Shown: in pieces, positions 59,758-64,000 of the stretch
How positions within the stretch are numbered: the stretch's first letter is position 1
How the letters are laid out: every line of letters starts with the position of its first letter
Assembly: GCA_030529365.1 (NCBI GenBank)
Contig: JAUMXB010000008.1
Span: 8,271 to 72,270, forward strand
Origin: Cardiobacteriaceae bacterium
GTDB taxonomy: Bacteria; Pseudomonadota; Gammaproteobacteria; Cardiobacteriales; Cardiobacteriaceae
DNA length: 64,000 nt
Direction of reading: 5' to 3'
Program-made: the position numbers and the translations under genes
The notes under the pieces: model-generated
Told to the model about the DNA's origin: nothing
Databases searched by the model: none
Seen by the model: only the letters and a program-made list of their open reading frames with translations

Positions 59758-60810
59758 ATGAAAGAAGAACAGAAAAAAGCGCTGGATGCGGTGCTGGCGC
59801 AACTGGACAAGCAATTCGGCAAGGGCACCGTGATGCGCCTTGGCGACCAGCCCGCACAGGGCAATATCCCGGCAGTATCCACCGGATCGCTCGGCCTTGA
59901 TATTGCGCTCGGCATTGGCGGCCTGCCCTACGGGCGCATCGTCGAAATCTATGGCCCGGAATCGTCGGGCAAGACCACGCTCACCTTGCAGGTGATTGCC
60001 GAAGCGCAAAAAACGGGTGGTATGGCTGCCTTCATCGATGCCGAGCATGCGCTTGATCCGATTTATGCGAAAAAGCTTGGCGTGGATACCGACAACCTTT
60101 ACATTACCCAGCCGGATACTGGCGAACAGGCGCTGGAAATCTGCGATGCGCTGGTGCGATCGGGCGCGTTTTCCGTGATTGTCGTCGATTCCGTGGCCGC
60201 ACTCACGCCAAAAGCGGAAATCGAAGGCGAGATGGGCGATTCGCACATGGGATTGCAGGCGCGCCTCATGAGCCAGGCGCTGCGCAAGCTCACCGCCAAT
60301 ATCAAGAAAGCCAACACGCTCGTCATTTTCATCAACCAGATCCGCATGAAGATCGGCGTGATGTTCGGTTCGCCGGAAACGACGACCGGCGGCAACGCGC
60401 TCAAGTTCTATGCTTCAGTGCGCCTGGATATCCGCCGCATTGGCCAGGTCAAGGACGGGGATGAAGTGATTGGCAGCGAAACCCGCGTCAAGGTAGTGAA
60501 AAACAAGGTATCGCCGCCTTTCAAACAGGCGGAATTCGATATTCTTTACGGCCAGGGCATTTCGCGCATCGGCGAGATCATCGACCTGGGCGTGAATGCC
60601 GATATCGTGCAGAAATCCGGGGCGTGGTACAGCTACAACGGCAGCAAGATTGGCCAGGGCAAGGAAAAAGTGCGTGCCTATCTCGCTGAAAATGCCGATA
60701 TTGCCGCCGAAATCGAAGGCAAGATTCGCGAGAAATATATCGGTAGCGAGTTTGTGCCAAGCGCTTCGGAGCTGGACGATCACGCGGCGGATGCTTCCGA
60801 CGATGCATGA
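59758..60810 (+). CDS. recA: recombinase RecA
   Basis: 350 aa; Walker [11 protein letters not shown]1/L2 loops, acidic C-terminus. Confidence 0.97.
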   Translation: MKEEQKKALDAVLAQLDKQFGKGTVMRLGDQPAQGNIPAVSTGSLGLDIALGIGGLPYGRIVEIYGPESSGKTTLTLQVIAEAQKTGGMAAFIDAEHALDPIYAKKLGVDTDNLYITQPDTGEQALEICDALVRSGAFSVIVVDSVAALTPKAEIEGEMGDSHMGLQARLMSQALRKLTANIKKANTLVIFINQIRMKIGVMFGSPETTTGGNALKFYASVRLDIRRIGQVKDGDEVIGSETRVKVVKNKVSPPFKQAEFDILYGQGISRIGEIIDLGVNADIVQKSGAWYSYNGSKIGQGKEKVRAYLAENADIAAEIEGKIREKYIGSEFVPSASELDDHAADASDDA

Positions 60811-61232
60811 GGACGAACGCCGCGCCTTTGAGCAGCGTTGCCTGAACGCGCTGGCGCGGCGCGAGCATTCCCGCGCCGAACTGGCGGCGCGCGCCGCCGA
60901 TACGCCCGCCGAAATTGTGGAAGCCGTTCTTGATGCGCTTGCCGGCAGGGGCTGGCAGAGCGACGAGCGCTTTGCCGAGAGCTATGTGCGCAGCAAGGCG
61001 GGCAAGGGCGACGGGCGGCTCAAGATTGCCCAGGGCCTGCGCGGCAAGGGCATCAGCGAAGCGCTGGCGCGCGAAGCGCTTGCCGCCGTCGATTGGCAGG
61101 AAGTGGCGCGGGCGGCCTATGCGAAAAAATATTCCACTCCTGCAAGCACACCGGCCGAGCGCGCCAAACGGCAACGTTTCATGGCGCAGCGCGGCTTTAC
61201 TTTTGATGACATCCATGCGGTATTGAAAAACC

Positions 61233-61240
<8 letters not shown>
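60803..61240 (+). CDS. recX: RecA regulator RecX
   Basis: 145 aa from ATG overlapping recA stop (alternative Met at 60791); three-helix-repeat RecX fold; position between recA and alaS. Confidence 0.8.
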
Positions 61241-63859
<2,619 letters not shown>

Positions 63860-63860
<1 letters not shown>

Positions 63861-64000
63861 TGGCATTGATTGTCCAGAAATATGGCGGCACTTCGATGGG
63901 CAGCATCGAGCGCATCGAAGCCGTGGCGGATCGTATCGTCAAGGCGCGCCGCGCCGGCCATGATGTGGTTGTGACCGTATCGGCGATGAGCGGAGAAACC
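63860..64000 (+). CDS. lysC: aspartate kinase (N-terminal fragment; continues past window)
   Basis: [47 protein letters not shown]: amino-acid kinase N-terminal KYGG motif; ATG overlaps alaS TAA. Confidence 0.7.

Overview
This 64-kb window is mostly GC-rich (~62-65%) proteobacterial chromosome. One feature dominates it: a short AT-rich palindromic-unit repeat sits in nearly every intergenic space, and I count 21 copies. The gene architecture (IIA-Man/HPr/EI operon, recA-recX-alaS, xseB-ispA) suggests Betaproteobacteria, but I cannot name the organism.

**Low-GC island (nt 1-~2300).** This is the tail of a horizontally acquired island at ~30% GC. It carries a 5'-truncated GMC oxidoreductase gene and an Sfp/EntD-type 4'-phosphopantetheinyl transferase gene, and ends at a tyrosine integrase gene (2350-3330).

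**Backbone genes, in order.**
- dsbB, a YqcC-like gene, a DUF3465 gene, acnA, a di-haem cytochrome c peroxidase gene and a LysE-family exporter gene.
- A minus-strand amino-sugar cluster: NagB-II/AgaS-like SIS isomerase, nanE, ROK kinase, NanA-like lyase and a Dpp-type ABC importer with a fused permease-ATPase gene. A DUF1697 gene has been inserted into the importer operon.
- A divergently transcribed DeoR regulator and an aga-type mannose-family PTS: kbaZ, agaS, IIB, IIC, IID, then IIA(Man)-HPr-EI.
- An RhlE-like DEAD-box helicase gene with a clean sigma70 promoter and a long leader.
- A Fur-box-controlled siderophore uptake cluster: TonB-dependent receptor, RhtX/FptX-like MFS, siderophore-interacting reductase and an AraC regulator. 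An orphan histidine kinase gene sits next to it.
- infA followed by an unusual EIIA(Fru/Ntr)-HPr fusion gene with a C-terminal membrane anchor.
- gcvT, then a cysE / nifS-like cysteine desulfurase / iscA / DUF2333 / two-hypothetical operon.
- corC, prmB, an AI-2E transporter gene, mlaA, rsgA, xseB, ispA, putA, a TPR protein gene, recA, recX, alaS and the start of lysC.
- No tRNA, rRNA or CRISPR array is present.

**The repeat system (main finding).** The 'type-1' element is built from alternating 12-13 bp palindromes, ATAAGCGCTTAT and GAGAAAATTTCTC. These are bounded by TTTTTTACC / GGTAAAAAA terminal inverted repeats.
- Copy number and density: 21 copies in 64 kb, about one per 3 kb.
- Placement: always intergenic, often directly over stop or start codons.
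- Association with other repeats: three further structured families co-occur with it — a ~150-bp C-rich hairpin element (type 2), a nested-stem element (type 3) and a GGGTGGGTGTCAACCCACC hairpin (type 4).
- Novelty: I do not recognise any of these as catalogued repeat families.
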